Positions 13,612-26,387 are shown, counted from the first letter of the stretch. The stretch: DNA of 64,000 nucleotides from Octopus vulgaris (GCA_951406725.2 OX597815.1:38316001-38380000); one strand, 5' to 3'. Numbers and translations: made by a program. The notes: a model not told the origin generated them from the letters alone.

Positions 13612-13985
13612 GGTGGCGCAATGGCCCAGTGGTTAGGGCAGAGGACTCGCGGTCGGAGGATCACGGTCTCGATTCCCAGACCGGGCGTTGTGTGTGTTTA
13701 TTGAGCGAAAACACCTAAAGAACCACGAGGCTCCGGCAGGGGATGGTGGCGACCCCTGTTGTACTCTTTCGCCCCAACTTTCTCTCACTCTTTCTTCCTG
13801 TTTCTTGTCCCCGACTTCCTACGCAACCGCTGAGCTTGGATGCGCATTCATCCATCCGTCGATGCTCTCGGTGTCGGGGGTTGACCTGCTTTCTCTTCTG
13901 CGGGTCTTACGAATAGAAAACGACCACGTTTCGGACTTCTCCCACTGGGACGAAGACCGTTTCGCTCAACAGCAACAGCAACGAA
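13612..13985 (+). mobile_element. tRNA-derived SINE family B (different 3' tail)
   Basis: ggtggcgcaatggcccagtggttagggcag...ggtctcgattcccagaccgggcg; core shared with 5400-5590; ends in a CAA/CAG repeat. Confidence 0.82.
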
Positions 13986-14235
13986 TAAACTAAATTAAAT
14001 TCTGAACCAGCTCTAAACAGTGCAGACTTTAAGCGACGTGTTAAGAGATCCATTAGGGAATAAAATAGAACGGGACTCATACGGCACTGCGCTCTGAGTT
14101 CAAATCCCACTAAATTTACACATGCCTTTATTTTTAAGGACCAATAGAAAAGTAACAGTTGAGTACCAAGGCCGATGTATTTTTACCTCTTTCTCTTGTC
14201 GCTATCTTTAAGGACAGAAATTATCTATTTTTCAG

Positions 14236-14345
14236 GCCAAGGACGAGCTCCTCCAGACTTAAAATGCCCAGCAAACGACATATACCACTATAACACTAAT
14301 GTGACTACACCAGTTGTTGCCGGTTACCTCTCGAAACGAAGTCGA
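14236..14345 (+). CDS. Possible isolated coding exon of unknown gene
   Basis: tctatttttcag acceptor, 110-nt open non-repetitive frame (QGRAPPDLKCPANDIYHYNTNVTTPVVAGYLSKRSR), gtgaat donor; no partner exons found. Confidence 0.25.
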
Positions 14346-14534
14346 GTGAATTCCTCATATTTTATGTTTAAAACAGTAACATCCGCTATAATGAGATGAA
14401 AAGATATCCATTGAAAATTATTCATATGTTGATTTAAATATTGGTAGCTTACCCTTTCTGCATGGACTTGCTTTTAAAGTAATATGCAGATTCAAATATA
14501 AATTAGATGTTAAGCAAATTCATTAACGATTCAA

Positions 14535-14940
14535 TAGCACGCCGAGCAAAGTGCGGTATTTCGTCTGCCACTACGTTCTGAGTTCAAATTCCGCCGAGGT
14601 CGACTTTGCCTTTCATCCTTTCGGGGTCGATAAATTAAGTACCAGTTACGCACTGGGGTCGATATAATCGACTTAATCCGTTTGTCTGTCCTTGTTCGCC
14701 CCCTTTGTGTTTAGCCCCTTGTGGGTAGTAAAGAAATAGGTATTTCATCTGCCGCTACGTTCTGAGTTCAAATTCCACCAAGGTCGACTTTGCCTTTCAT
14801 TTGTCTTTACGTTCAGAGTTTAAATTTCGTCGAGGTCGTCTTTGTCTTTCATAATTTGAGTGTTGATAAAAAAAAAAGTAACGTTCAGCATGGGGTCGAC
14901 GTAACTCCTCTCCCGAAATTGCTGGCGTTTGAAACCAGCA
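14535..14940 (+). mobile_element. SINE family C with tandem body repeat
   Basis: ggtatttcgtctg...gttctgagttcaaattccgccgaggtcgac unit at 14555 and 14739, partial third unit near 14803. Confidence 0.85.
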
Positions 14941-15221
14941 TACTTGTATGCATACCTTTTCTTATACGGGTATTATACAGATCTACTCCTCATTACTTCT
15001 CTCTGTTGATTTTCTCTCATTATATCCTATGGCTATATCTTCAAATCTAAAACTAAATAAGAAGGCTTGATATTTCAACCAAGCAGCAAGAGCTCTAGGA
15101 ACGTGTCTTCCGGTATTTTTCTGTCCCATTATTCTCGTCTCTTGTTCTGTGTATGTGTGTGTATGCTTGTGCATGTGTTTGTGCGAGCACGCATATATAC
15201 GTATGCATATGTGTGTGTGTT

Positions 15222-15297
<76 letters not shown>

Positions 15298-15389
15298 TAT
15301 ATATATTATGTTACATCATATATGTATGTGTATATTATATTAAATTATATTACTAACATGTCCGTGTCGTCAAAACTGCAGACAGATTT

Positions 15390-15720
15390 TTTTTAAATGA
15401 CAGAAAACGGCGCAGCAGATCTGTGGTAAATAAAAACATTCATTAGTGTCAGCATACGTACAAAGAATTGAAGGACTTGGACCATCAGACACAGTTGTAA
15501 CATCGCAGTTGAAAATACCATTTGCACCAACTGTTGCATGCTTGCATAGTTTAGACGGAATCTGAACTGCCGGATAGCCACTCTGTCATTAACCCTTACC
15601 TGATCCAAAGAAGAAAATATTTCACCACGCCCCGATAAGTTTTCATCGAACAGTGGAAACAAAGGGCGTCGTAAGCATTACAGTAACACTTGCTTACACA
15701 ACTATCACGCGATGTCAAGG
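15390..15720 (-). mobile_element. PIF/Harbinger-like transposase N-terminal remnant
   Basis: ORF 15393..15662 IRQFRFRLNYA...QLCLMVQVLQFF resembles the Harbinger helical N-terminal region; no DDE core seen. Confidence 0.35.
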
Positions 15721-15793
15721 CAACGACACAGTAATACAAACACCCGCCCCACAAATACACACACACATATGTCATAAGTATGTATGTATGTAA

Positions 15794-15879
<86 letters not shown>

Positions 15880-15904
15880 GTGTGTGTGTGTGTTTGTGTG
15901 TGTG

Positions 15905-15990
15905 TGGAGGCGCGTGGCCTAGTGGTTAGGGTATCAGCATCATCAACGTAAGATTGTGGTTTCGATTCTTGGACCGGGCGACCGTTCGCC
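15905..15990 (+). mobile_element. Truncated SINE tRNA-like head
   Basis: ggaggcgcgtggcctagtggttaggg...ggtttcgattcttggaccgggcg with A/B boxes. Confidence 0.7.
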
Positions 15991-16171
15991 ATGATAGATC
16001 GCTAGCCACAACACATATTTTTTTTCTCTCCATGTTTCTTTCTGTGTTCCTTTCTGTGGAAGGGCTTAGGCTCGAAACGTTAAATACTTTTTCAGTTCCC
16101 GAGCGTTATACTAATACAACTGTTTGTTTTCTACATCACCTGTCTTTGTCTTTTGATTTTTTGGTAATTCT

Positions 16172-16241
<70 letters not shown>

Positions 16242-16418
16242 GGTGAGACAACAAAAGAATGAAAGAGACAAAAATGGGACAACAAGACATCCAGATAAAC
16301 GATACAAAGAAGACAAGGACTTGTCATTCGAAGTTTCCTATTCTCAGTCAAGTACCAGATTGTCTTCGCAATTTCGGCTGATTATTTTGAGATTGCTCCA
16401 ATCTGGCCAACCCCAAGG

Positions 16419-16420
<2 letters not shown>
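15990..16420. mobile_element. Two short Penelope-type pLTR remnants around a (TA)n tract
   Basis: Flanked by (TA)n; first piece has GGGC ttag GCTC GAAACGTT aaa, like the hammerhead-associated motif of the other PLE termini here, but the CUGA core is non-canonical. Confidence 0.4.
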
Positions 16421-16502
<82 letters not shown>

Positions 16503-16643
16503 TGTGCGTGTACACAGAAAGAAAATGGAGAATGCATACACGGAATAATCAATTTATTTATTATACAGTTCTATATTTGAGAGACGAGGAATTATGTACA
16601 TTATTTACATTATTTACATTTTTCCTCATCTTGTTTGTTGTTA

Positions 16644-16687
16644 ACCCAACGTTTCGGCTGATGTACTCCCCAGCCTTCATCGGGTGT
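16644..16687 (-). ncRNA. Minimal hammerhead ribozyme (CCGAUGA variant)
   Basis: Minus strand acac-CCGATGA-a-GGCTG..CAGCC-GAAA-CG-TT-gggt; the second copy near 17535-17550 reads gtgt, giving full stem I; palindromic AACGTT at stem III. Confidence 0.55.
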
Positions 16688-16754
16688 CCTAGGGGTATTT
16701 CGAACCTGGGTTCTCATTCCTAAGGTATTTTCCCGACGTAGTTGTTGTTGTTGT

Positions 16755-16973
<219 letters not shown>

Positions 16974-17440
16974 GATATTCAAATGTATTCAACACTTGGC
17001 AAATATCAAGAGTATTCAAGAGTTATACAACATTTCGCAAATATCGCCTTCGAGTAAAACCACCAATAGAAGAGAATATCACTGTGGTAGGTTATACAAT
17101 GGTGTAACATGTCGCCCTCTCAAAATAATGCTAAGATTACATCGCAAATCTGTGACACGAGGAGATATTGATAAATCGGGTATAGATGATCATGTATGGA
17201 AAAACGGAGACCAACTCCCACTGTGGGATAATGTTACAGTAATAGACAGAGAACACCACCGGAAAATACGAAAACTAAAATAGGCTGCATATATACTAGG
17301 ACGTAGTAACCTCCTAAGCAGACCAAATGCAAATATGAGTAGTATATAAGAAGGATAGAAAAATATTAGATTCATAAAACCCCAAATTCACTCTATAATT
17401 CCACACGGGCATTCCAAGTTCGATTCCAGGCAATGACATC

Positions 17441-17480
<40 letters not shown>

Positions 17481-17619
17481 TCGGAAAATAACTTAGGATT
17501 GAGAACCCAGGTTCAAAATTCTCCCAGTATATCAGCCGAAACGTTGTGTTAACAGCAAACAAGATGAGGACAAATATTCGTCAAATGTAAATAATGTAAA
17601 TAAATAGTACGTATATTTA

Positions 17620-18080
17620 CACTAAATCTGTGACTTGTGCTGACCCAATAGTTCCCATTGTTATGTCAAAGCTATCACTAGTATCTTTTCACACCCAGTA
17701 TTTGTTACCGAATTTTACCAATAAATAAAAACTTATGAATACATATTGTTAACATGATAGATAGTACAAATAGCAAAGACAGGTCTATAGTTAACGAGAA
17801 ATGTGTTTACAGACGTACTGAATAGAAATAATGACAACTGACAAGCTTGTAAAAAGCTGGTTTGCACTACTACAAAGGGTATATAGTAACATGACCTAAT
17901 TCTTCTGAACTATGCATATCCCTTGTCCTGTGAGACCAACATAAACCCCTAGGTATTTTTAGAACAGAATCCAAGACCCACATACTGCAATTCAATTGGA
18001 ATGAATTCTCCATGCGTTGGATGTGTGAAAAAACAACAGTCAATTTTTACTTTGATAACACCCAATTTTTGCCCTGAAGA
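17620..18080 (-). pseudogene. Possible decayed rhodopsin-class GPCR TM6-TM7 fragment
   Basis: With frameshifts: VMLLYT / FVVVQTSFL(P)SLSVVIISI / VFAICTIYHVNNMYS*VFIY, resembling TM6 SFLP and the TM7 NPxxY region. Confidence 0.3.
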
Positions 18081-18872
18081 AGATTTTTGTTTTCTCAAAA
18101 TCATAATACGATTTAATTACACAAATATGGATTTAAGTAATTAAACCGAAGCAAGCGTAGGCAATATGAATTATAATAAATATATTGATTATTCTGTGTA
18201 TGCATTCTCTATTTTCTTTGTATTGGTAAAATATTTTTCCTTTATCGAAAGGATGCAAACATCCGTCGTGACAACCGGAATATCGGGGATAAACCAAACG
18301 ATGAAAACTAGTACATATACACAAATGGAATTTCCAGTATCGTTAATTAATATGGCGCAAAACCGGTGTACTCCTGGATAAATTATCCCTAGAAAAGAAC
18401 AATCACTTTCCACACACACACACACAAACATATGTATATAAAATTATAAATAATCGTATCTAAGAGATACCACCGTGCTTGAATTGGCAGTCAAAACCTA
18501 ACTCTAAAATCCACATCAAGTGTTAAATACAGGACAAGGTGAAAAGAAAAATATATAAATAAACTACTAAAAATTGGATAATTCCGGACCCTGGATTTCT
18601 GGCTCTCTGTAACAATACTTTGCGTTCATCAATGAAATATGCCAAGAATTGTACATAATTACATATATATACACACAAACATACGAATACTCACATATAC
18701 GCACGCGTATATACATATATATATGCACGTATATACAACGACCAGTTCAGTTATTCATCCAGACACCATGTGCTGTATGGTCAAAATATGGTCAAAATAC
18801 CACCGCAGTGAAGAAGTCAAAATACCACTGCATAATGAAGAAGTCAATATAAATAAATTTCTATACAAATAA

Positions 18873-19090
18873 GCATAAGATCGTTATTTGAAATAGCGAC
18901 CGAATCAAGTGGCAGCATGGGATGAAAAACCTTATAATTATCTTATAAATTATATGATTTTTAGAGTCAAGTTTTGACTGCTATTTCTCTTAGATACCCT
19001 CATTTATAATTTTAATAATTATAACCGATAACGCTTTTCTTCCCATGCTGCCACTTGATTTGATCGTTATTTAAAAGAACGACCTTATCC
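18873..19090. repeat. Short fold-back (inverted-repeat) element
   Basis: ataagatcgttattt...aatcaagtggcagcatggga vs tcccatgctgccacttgatt...aacgaccttat; related end again at 19432-19485. Confidence 0.7.
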
Positions 19091-19114
19091 ATGTATATAT
19101 ATATATATGTTATA

Positions 19115-19420
19115 TCCTGAGACCCCCATTCGGTCACGACACAGACCAAGTGATTGCACCTAGAAAGTTACCCTCCCGGGCACAAGTCCGGGCAAGGTTG
19201 TTTTTGGAAGACCAGCAGTCGCCCATGCATACCGGCCTCCCCTCTCCACGCCACCAGTGTTATCCAAGGGAAAGGCAACGGCCGATACAGCTTGGCACCT
19301 GTGACGTCGCAACTCATTTCTACAGCTGAGTGAACTGGAGCAACGTGAAATAAAGTGTCTTACTCAAGAACACAATACGCAGCCCGGTCTGGGATTCGAG
19401 CTCACAACCTCACGATCGTA
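19115..19420 (-). mobile_element. tRNA-derived SINE family D, 5'-truncated
   Basis: Reverse complement has B-box-like gagctcgaatcccagaccgggc then tgttcttgagtaagacactttatttcac..ccagttcactcagctgta core. Confidence 0.75.
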
Positions 19421-19548
19421 TATATATATATAGGGATAAGATCGTTATTTAAATACCGATCTTATGGCCAGCATGGAAATAAAATACTTCAAAGGTAATA
19501 ATAATTATTATTATGTGGAATTAGTAGATGGAAACTGAATAGGACCCG

Positions 19549-19615
<67 letters not shown>

Positions 19616-19618
<3 letters not shown>

Positions 19619-19770
19619 CGGGTCCTATTCAGTTTCCATCTACCAATTCCACAAGGTTTTATTCGGCCCGAGATTATAATACAAGTCACTTGCCGAAGAT
19701 AAAATGCAGTGGCACTGAGCACGGAACCATGTGACTTCGAAACAATCTTATAACCACAGAACCACATCTA
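19616..19770 (-). mobile_element. SINE family A 5' half (diverged)
   Basis: Similar to 4320-4485. Confidence 0.75.
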
Positions 19771-20136
19771 TAGATATCCCTCATATGGTGAAGACATGGT
19801 TTTATGTACGTCTTTCGGGTTTTATAGCGTCAATGCTATCAAAATAATTAGCCTGTTTGATTGGTTTCAGTTTAAACATTAATTTAAATCAATTAAATAT
19901 CATGATTACATCGCATGTGTATGAAGTGCTGCGTTATAAGTTACGTCATTTCTTGAAATAGCTATTCAAGGGGTACGAAATCCGAAGTTGTGATTTAGTG
20001 TCTTTTTTAAGTCTGAAGCTGAAGCTTTTTGTATTCTCTAATAGAAAACGTGACAATATACGTCTGGGTATCGAGAGTAACGTCTCGATCATTACTGTAA
20101 TCAATACTGTGACACAAAAACACAGAGACATTTATG

Positions 20137-20178
<42 letters not shown>

Positions 20179-20625
20179 CACACTCACACAAACACATACA
20201 AGAAAATGTGACCTTTATTTGCCAGTAAAGTGACAACTACGCCTATGTTTTGGGGTTTATGAAACCTTGTTAACGGATGATAACCGTCAGAAGCCTGCAT
20301 TGATCAGCGAACATTTAATTGTACACGTTGCTTAAAGTTGCAATCAGTTTTGGTCTTTGTGTGAATATTAAAACATAAAGAACGGAGAAATAACTTGAGT
20401 TTGAATAATTCCGATAGAGGGTGACGTATTGAATGGTGTAAATAAAAAATTCTCGATGATATGAAGTTTCCCCAGTGGTCGGAGAGAAAAAAATAATCAA
20501 AAAAGCATCATTTGGAGTAGAGAAAAATAAAAAAAAACAACAACTGGCATGTTAATAATAAACAGCTAATATCTTTTTCTAAGCAATATATGCATCAATA
20601 TTTCTCATAGTGGAAAATGGATAAG

Positions 20626-21205
20626 TCGGCGAGCTGGCAAGAAACGTTAGCACGTCGGATGAAATGCTTAGCGGTATTTCGTCTGCGGCTACGTTCTGAG
20701 TTCAAATTCCGTCGACGTCGACTTTGCTTTTCATCCTTTCGGGGTCAATTAAATAAGTACCAATTACGCACTGGGGTCAATATAATCGACTTAATCCGTT
20801 TGTCTGTCCTTGTTTGTCCTCTCTGTATTTAGCCCCTTGTGGATAGTAAAGAAATAGGTATTTCGTCTGCCGTTACGTTCTGAGTTCAAATTCCGCCGAG
20901 GTCGACTTTGCCTTTCATCATTTCGGGGTCTATAAATTAAGTACCAGTTACGTACTGGGGTCGATGTAATCGACTTAATACCTTTGTCTGTCCTCGTTTG
21001 TCCCCTCTATGTTTAGCCCCTAAAGAAAGAGAAATAGGTATTTCGTCTGTCTTTACGTTCTGAGTTCAAATTCCGCCGAGGTCGACTGCCTTTCATCCTT
21101 TCGGGGTCGATTAAATAAGTACCAGTTTCGTACTGGGGTCGAACTAATCGACTGGCCACCTCCTGCCCCAAAACTTCGGGCCTTGTGTCTAGAGTAGAAA
21201 AGATT
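20626..21205 (+). mobile_element. SINE family C, three tandem body units
   Basis: Single head ggcgagctggcaagaaacgttagc; unit starts at 20673, 20857, 21037; terminal gggccttgtgtctagagtagaaa. Confidence 0.9.
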
Positions 21206-22213
21206 GGAATATGTATAAGTGTGTGCATGTGAGTGTACGTGCGTATTTGCGTGCGTATGTGTGTGTGTGTGTGTATGTGTGTGTGTGTGCGTGTGTTTAA
21301 ATCTCTTATTTGCGTCTGCAACACACTAAAACGGTTAGCTTCAAATAGTTATCATTTGCGGAGTCTAGATGTGCCCGAATATACTCCTCCTCCTCCTCCT
21401 CATTAAAAACAAAAATCAAAAGAAAGAAAAATGTATTGTTCAAATGGTTACAAAGCCGTTGAAAAGTATAATTTCGATCCTACCTCAAAACCGATTGAAT
21501 TAGATGCACCAAGTGAGGAAGCATAATTACGAGTCAAAACTACTGCAGGTCTGGATTAAGAATATTGTTGTCTATTTTGAAATAGTGTTTCCACACGAGA
21601 CTACTTTTAAAGGATTGAGAAATTGGTCAATTTTACAGACACCCGCGGATAACTCGTAATTGTGGAATGTTAGACAAAGTATCTCGGAAAGATGCCAAAG
21701 TCCAATGTAAGGGGTGGAATTAAGCATAAAAGTAGTATTTAGTCTCCTGGTTATTTCTGATATGGACAGTATAGGAAATAATCAATCATAGATTAATGAT
21801 ATGAAAATTTAACGTCGATTCATTATATTTCTTAGTTTCTAATGAACAGAGACTAATGTTCTGTAATTTTCTATAAAGTCATTTACTACTGCTTATTAAA
21901 TTTTATCAGACAAACACTTAATACAATATAGGAAAAATATTAAACATAAACTAATATAAATTAACAGCTGCAATTTTAATATCAACGATATAGCTTATAA
22001 GCAGTCATTTTCAATAGAAAAATAGCGAGTGCCCTATTCACGGCTAGGAGTCAGGACACGTATCTGTGACTTACAGTGTAATATGTGAGGTATTCGTGAA
22101 TCTAGAATAATAGGAGGAAGAAAACTCTTTTTGTTACTTTATTAGGAAAGACAGGGAATAAGTGCTCAATGTAACATTTGGTGAGGAATCGTTGTGTGAT
22201 TAGAGTTCTGTCA

Positions 22214-22612
22214 AGGCGGCGAGCTGGCAGAAACGTTAGCACGCCGGGCGAAATGCGTAGCCGTATTTCGTCTACCGTTACGTTCTGAGTTCAAATCCCG
22301 CCGAGATCGACTTTGTCTTTCATCCTTTCGGGGACGATAAATTAAGTACCAGTTACGTTCTGGGGTCGATGTAAGCGACTTAATTCGTTTGTCTGTTCCT
22401 TGTTTGTCCTCTCTGTGTTTAACCACTTGTGGGTAGTAAAGAAATAGGTATTTCGTCTGTCTTTACGTTCTGAGTCCAAATTCCACCGAGGACGACTTTG
22501 CCTTTCATCCTTTCCGGGCCGATAAATTAAGTACCAGTTACGCACTGGGATCGATCTAATCGACTGCCCCCCCCCCCTAATTTTTTTCGGGCCTTGTGCC
22601 TAGAGTAGAAAT
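22214..22612 (+). mobile_element. SINE family C, two tandem body units
   Basis: ggcggcgagctggcagaaacgttagcacgccgggcg head; units near 22262 and 22447; same terminal tail. Confidence 0.9.
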
Positions 22613-22874
22613 TATTAGACTTCTGTCAGTAGGTCTATTGCTCTTTATTTCTGGTTCAATAGATGTTTGCATTAAAAATAGCAAAAAGTACAGTGAGTTC
22701 CTATATACGGTAGAATGCCGAGCAAGATAGCTTCCAATCCTAGTTCGGTTCTGTTATGTTCTAAGTTGAAATAAACAACACATATTAATAATTAAGTATA
22801 TATAATTAAGTAGCAGTATTTATAATTTTTTATAGTTTACCATTTGACTGATACTAGCTAAGTAGTAGTCATAT

Positions 22875-23130
22875 AGGCGCAGGCTTGGCCCTGCGGTAAA
22901 GAACCACACTTTGGAGCTTTGTCGTTTAGTGTTCAGGCCCACTGCACGGCAATTTGGGAGTTAATTTGGTAGACGGAAACTGTCTACCATGTAGGACGGG
23001 AAGCATATCCTATAGACTTGTGTATGTTTGTATGTCTTTGTGCTTATGTTTTTCCCCATTATCCCATAACAACTGGTGCCATATCTTCCGATAAAAGAAA
23101 CCGACCGAATGGATACCCGGCTGAAAATTA
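22875..23130 (+). mobile_element. SINE family A, degenerate
   Basis: aggcgcagg...gttcaggcccactgc...tttggtagacggaaactg. Confidence 0.6.
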
Positions 23131-23616
23131 AGATATATTTGTGTCGATGTGACCAAGTTACAATTTTGTTTTCTTTTTTCAAAATAAATAGCTCTGTTCC
23201 AGAATTAGACAGCAACAAATTCTTATATGGTTGCTGAATTCTAGTTTGCTATAGGTAAACGAGATGGCACACTGGAATTTCATTTCACTTTTTACTCTCT
23301 CTTTCTTTTTTAGTTTCGGGCAATTTTTGAAATGAGCTGTTGTTAACCGAAGAATTATATGTTCGTGACATTCTAAGGTTGCTTATCTTTCCCACTACAA
23401 TATATGAATACTGTACATGTCATAAATGTAGATGTTTGGAGACGAGCAAAGATAATTTAAACATATCTACGAACAAAGCAACTTTGAAAATAATTATAGA
23501 AATTAGGAGTACATTTATGCATGTATGTATAGTATACTTACAAGTATGTATGTATATATGTATGTATGTATATGTGTGTGTATGTATGTATGTATGTACG
23601 TATGTGCGTGTGTATG

Positions 23617-23661
<45 letters not shown>

Positions 23662-23725
23662 GTGAATATGTTTGTATGTGTATATATATATATACATACA
23701 TATACACATATATATATATATATGC

Positions 23726-23782
<57 letters not shown>

Positions 23783-24017
23783 TATATACGAGTAGATATA
23801 TAAGAATTTATATATGAATATATATGTATACATTACGCAGATGTACCTGCATTGCAAGTGATTTGATCTGAGATCGTGTGCTGGAACGAAAACAATTGCA
23901 GCTTGGAAGGTGTTTGTGAGCCATTTAAGAAACACACAAAAGCCGTTCGATTCACTTCAACATTTAAGTTTAATTTGTCAAAATATTTTCGTCGCTATAA
24001 GACCGCGACCTGTTCAC

Positions 24018-24885
24018 GATCCATAAGTATCTTCACTGTTGCCATAATAACGAGGCTAAAGCACACAGTTTGAAGCCGCTTGGCATAGATTCACCTTCAG
24101 CTCTGTTGTGCATGCGCACTAAGTTTTAACGTTCTAGCTCACTTCTGCTGTTTCCAATAGTGCTTGGAAGGAAGGTTTGTAGAGTGTGATCGTCGCATTG
24201 ACCATGACAGAGAAAGTTGTCATGGTGATACCTGCTCAGAGGCTTACGCAAAGTTGCAGAAAGTGTACGGAGAGGAGTGTATGAGCCACACACAAGTGTA
24301 TGAGTGGTTCAGATGTTTCCAAAATGCCAATATTGACGAACGTCCTAGGGAACCCGCAACCAACAGAACTGAGAAAAACACTGCACATATGCGGGAAGCT
24401 GTGGGAGAAAATCGTCGAATCACAATCTGTAAGTTATCAGAAGATGTGCAGTTCAGTTACGGTTCAGTTCAATCCATTTTCACGGAAGATCTGGGTATGA
24501 AACGCGTGTCTGCCAAATTTGTGCCAAAACTGCTTTCAGCTAACCAAAATGTCACTCGGAATTCAGTTGCACAAGATCTCCCTGATTGTGTCAAGAATGA
24601 AGAACAGTTTTTGAAAAGTTTGCGTAAGCCTCTGATCAGGTATTACCGATCTTTAGGAACGATTTGAAAAAGAGTCTCTGCTCAACTTTCTCTGTCATAG
24701 TCAATGCGACGATCACGTGCTACACACCTTTCCTCCAAGCACTGCTGTAAACAGCGGAAGTAAGCTAGAACCCTAAAAGTTTAGTCCACATGCGCAACAA
24801 AGTTCAAGGTCAATCTGTGTCTAGCGCATTTGCGTGCTTTAGCCTCGTTACTATGGCAACAGACCGGATACTTATTGATCAGACT
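24018..24885 (+). mobile_element. Non-autonomous mariner derivative with ~200-bp terminal inverted repeats
   Basis: Internal ORF 24164..24667 has mariner HTH and linker (LQKVYGEECMSHTQVYEWF, RRITI..LSE, LGMKRVSAKFVPKLL); 24018-24219 is an imperfect reverse complement of 24683-24880; no catalytic domain. Confidence 0.88.
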
Positions 24886-24931
24886 TATAGGAATTTATAT
24901 ATGAATATGTACATATCTCAGTATATATATA

Positions 24932-25152
24932 TTTCTTTACTACCAACAAGGGGCTAAACACAGAGGGGACAAACAAGGACAGACAAACGGATTAAGTCGA
25001 TTACATCGACCCCAGTGCGTAACTGGTACTTAATTTATCGACCCCGAAAGGATGAAAGACAAAGTCGACCTCGGCGGAATTTGAACTCAGAACGTAATGG
25101 CTGACGAAATACCGCTAAGCATTTCGCCCGGCGTGCTAACGTTTCTGCCAAA
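24932..25152 (-). mobile_element. SINE family C, single unit
   Basis: Reverse complement of 22220-22445. Confidence 0.9.
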
Positions 25153-26387
25153 TATATACATGTGTACTGTATGTATGCGTTTGCATACGCGTAAATAGGA
25201 ATTTCATTTGTAAACGACATTCAATGAGCAAAATGTCTAAAACTGAGAAGAGAAACAAAATCTATTTCGGCTCAACTTCGTATATGAACCTCAACACTGT
25301 TCTATAACAATTCCTCTACATAACGAACAAATATTCCCCTCAAAAGACGTATCCTTCACAAAGTTTCGCAAAAGCGATAGGTAGTTAATTATAGCACTAT
25401 CCTAAATATTAGGAAAGCCATACATTTACCAAACTTTAAGATACTGGAAGCAAATCCAACATCAATCAGAATCGGCTGACTTTGCATTAAAAAAGAAGAA
25501 AAAGAAAAAAAATAGAGAGAGAAAAAGAGAAGAAAATCATTTCCTTAAAACCAAAGTTATTGGGAAACAAATTCCACTCAGTAAAGCCATAGAAGGTGAA
25601 CTGTGATCTCCAACACATTCTGTATTGGAAATATTCAAGAGACGAACTGTTGCAAATTATAAGATTTTACACGTATTAATCTGAAGAAATAACACACCGC
25701 ACTTGAGGCATGTCTAGCAAAAGACAGGCTGGGAAACAGTCATTTATGTGCAACTTAGTTTGGCTACCAGTTCTACATTTACACCACTGAAGTCGATAAA
25801 TCCATTTAGGGTCACATCTTCCACGAAAATGGGTTGAATTTATACAACGGGTTTAAAGGTACACTTAATAAATATAACTACAAGCAAACACACACGCACA
25901 CATTGATACATACATGCTTACACTATGTATGCATACATACCTAATACATACTTAAAAAATAGAAGAGGCAAACATACACACACACATACATGCACACTCA
26001 CATACATACGTTCAAACATACATGCATACATACATACAAACGCAATCACGCAAATACATACATACGGATCACCAACAGTTTCATCACTGTATGTTTGGCT
26101 GCCTTAACTATCCACACTTTCAAACTGAATCAGCGTGAGGCAGTGTGACAAGGAATATATTATAAACAACGCTTATAATTCATGTAACACGATTCACACA
26201 ATTTCCGCTTAAACATTGTCACGCTACATGCGATTATGATACAAAAAAAATACTTGGCAAAGATGCTCCTGTGCTCTTGTGATCGAACCCAGTGGCTTTC
26301 TTTATCATTCGGCCTTGTTGCATTTACACACACACGCAAACACACACACACAGAGGCATACACATACACACGCACGCACACACATCA

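Noticed and set aside
13612-13690. tRNA gene
   Set aside because: A/B boxes present, but it continues into a dispersed SINE body with no immediate pol III terminator; same for 5520-5590 and 15905-15985.
20673-21200. Regular repeats as a CRISPR array
   Set aside because: Eukaryotic DNA; ~180-bp SINE units with no unique spacers and no cas genes.
21639-21706. Possible small exon (ttttacag...gtaagg)
   Set aside because: Only 68 nt, has a stop in the phase needed to join the 14236-14345 candidate, and the peptide is unrecognisable.
23830-24017. Hammerhead-like GTCGC/GCGAC-GAAA on the minus strand
   Set aside because: No CUGA core; the sequence is cut by the adjacent mariner derivative.
25215-25500. 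GIY-YIG-like relic (KIYFGST)
   Set aside because: Probably an old Penelope fragment, but too degraded to support; likewise ~51830-52300.
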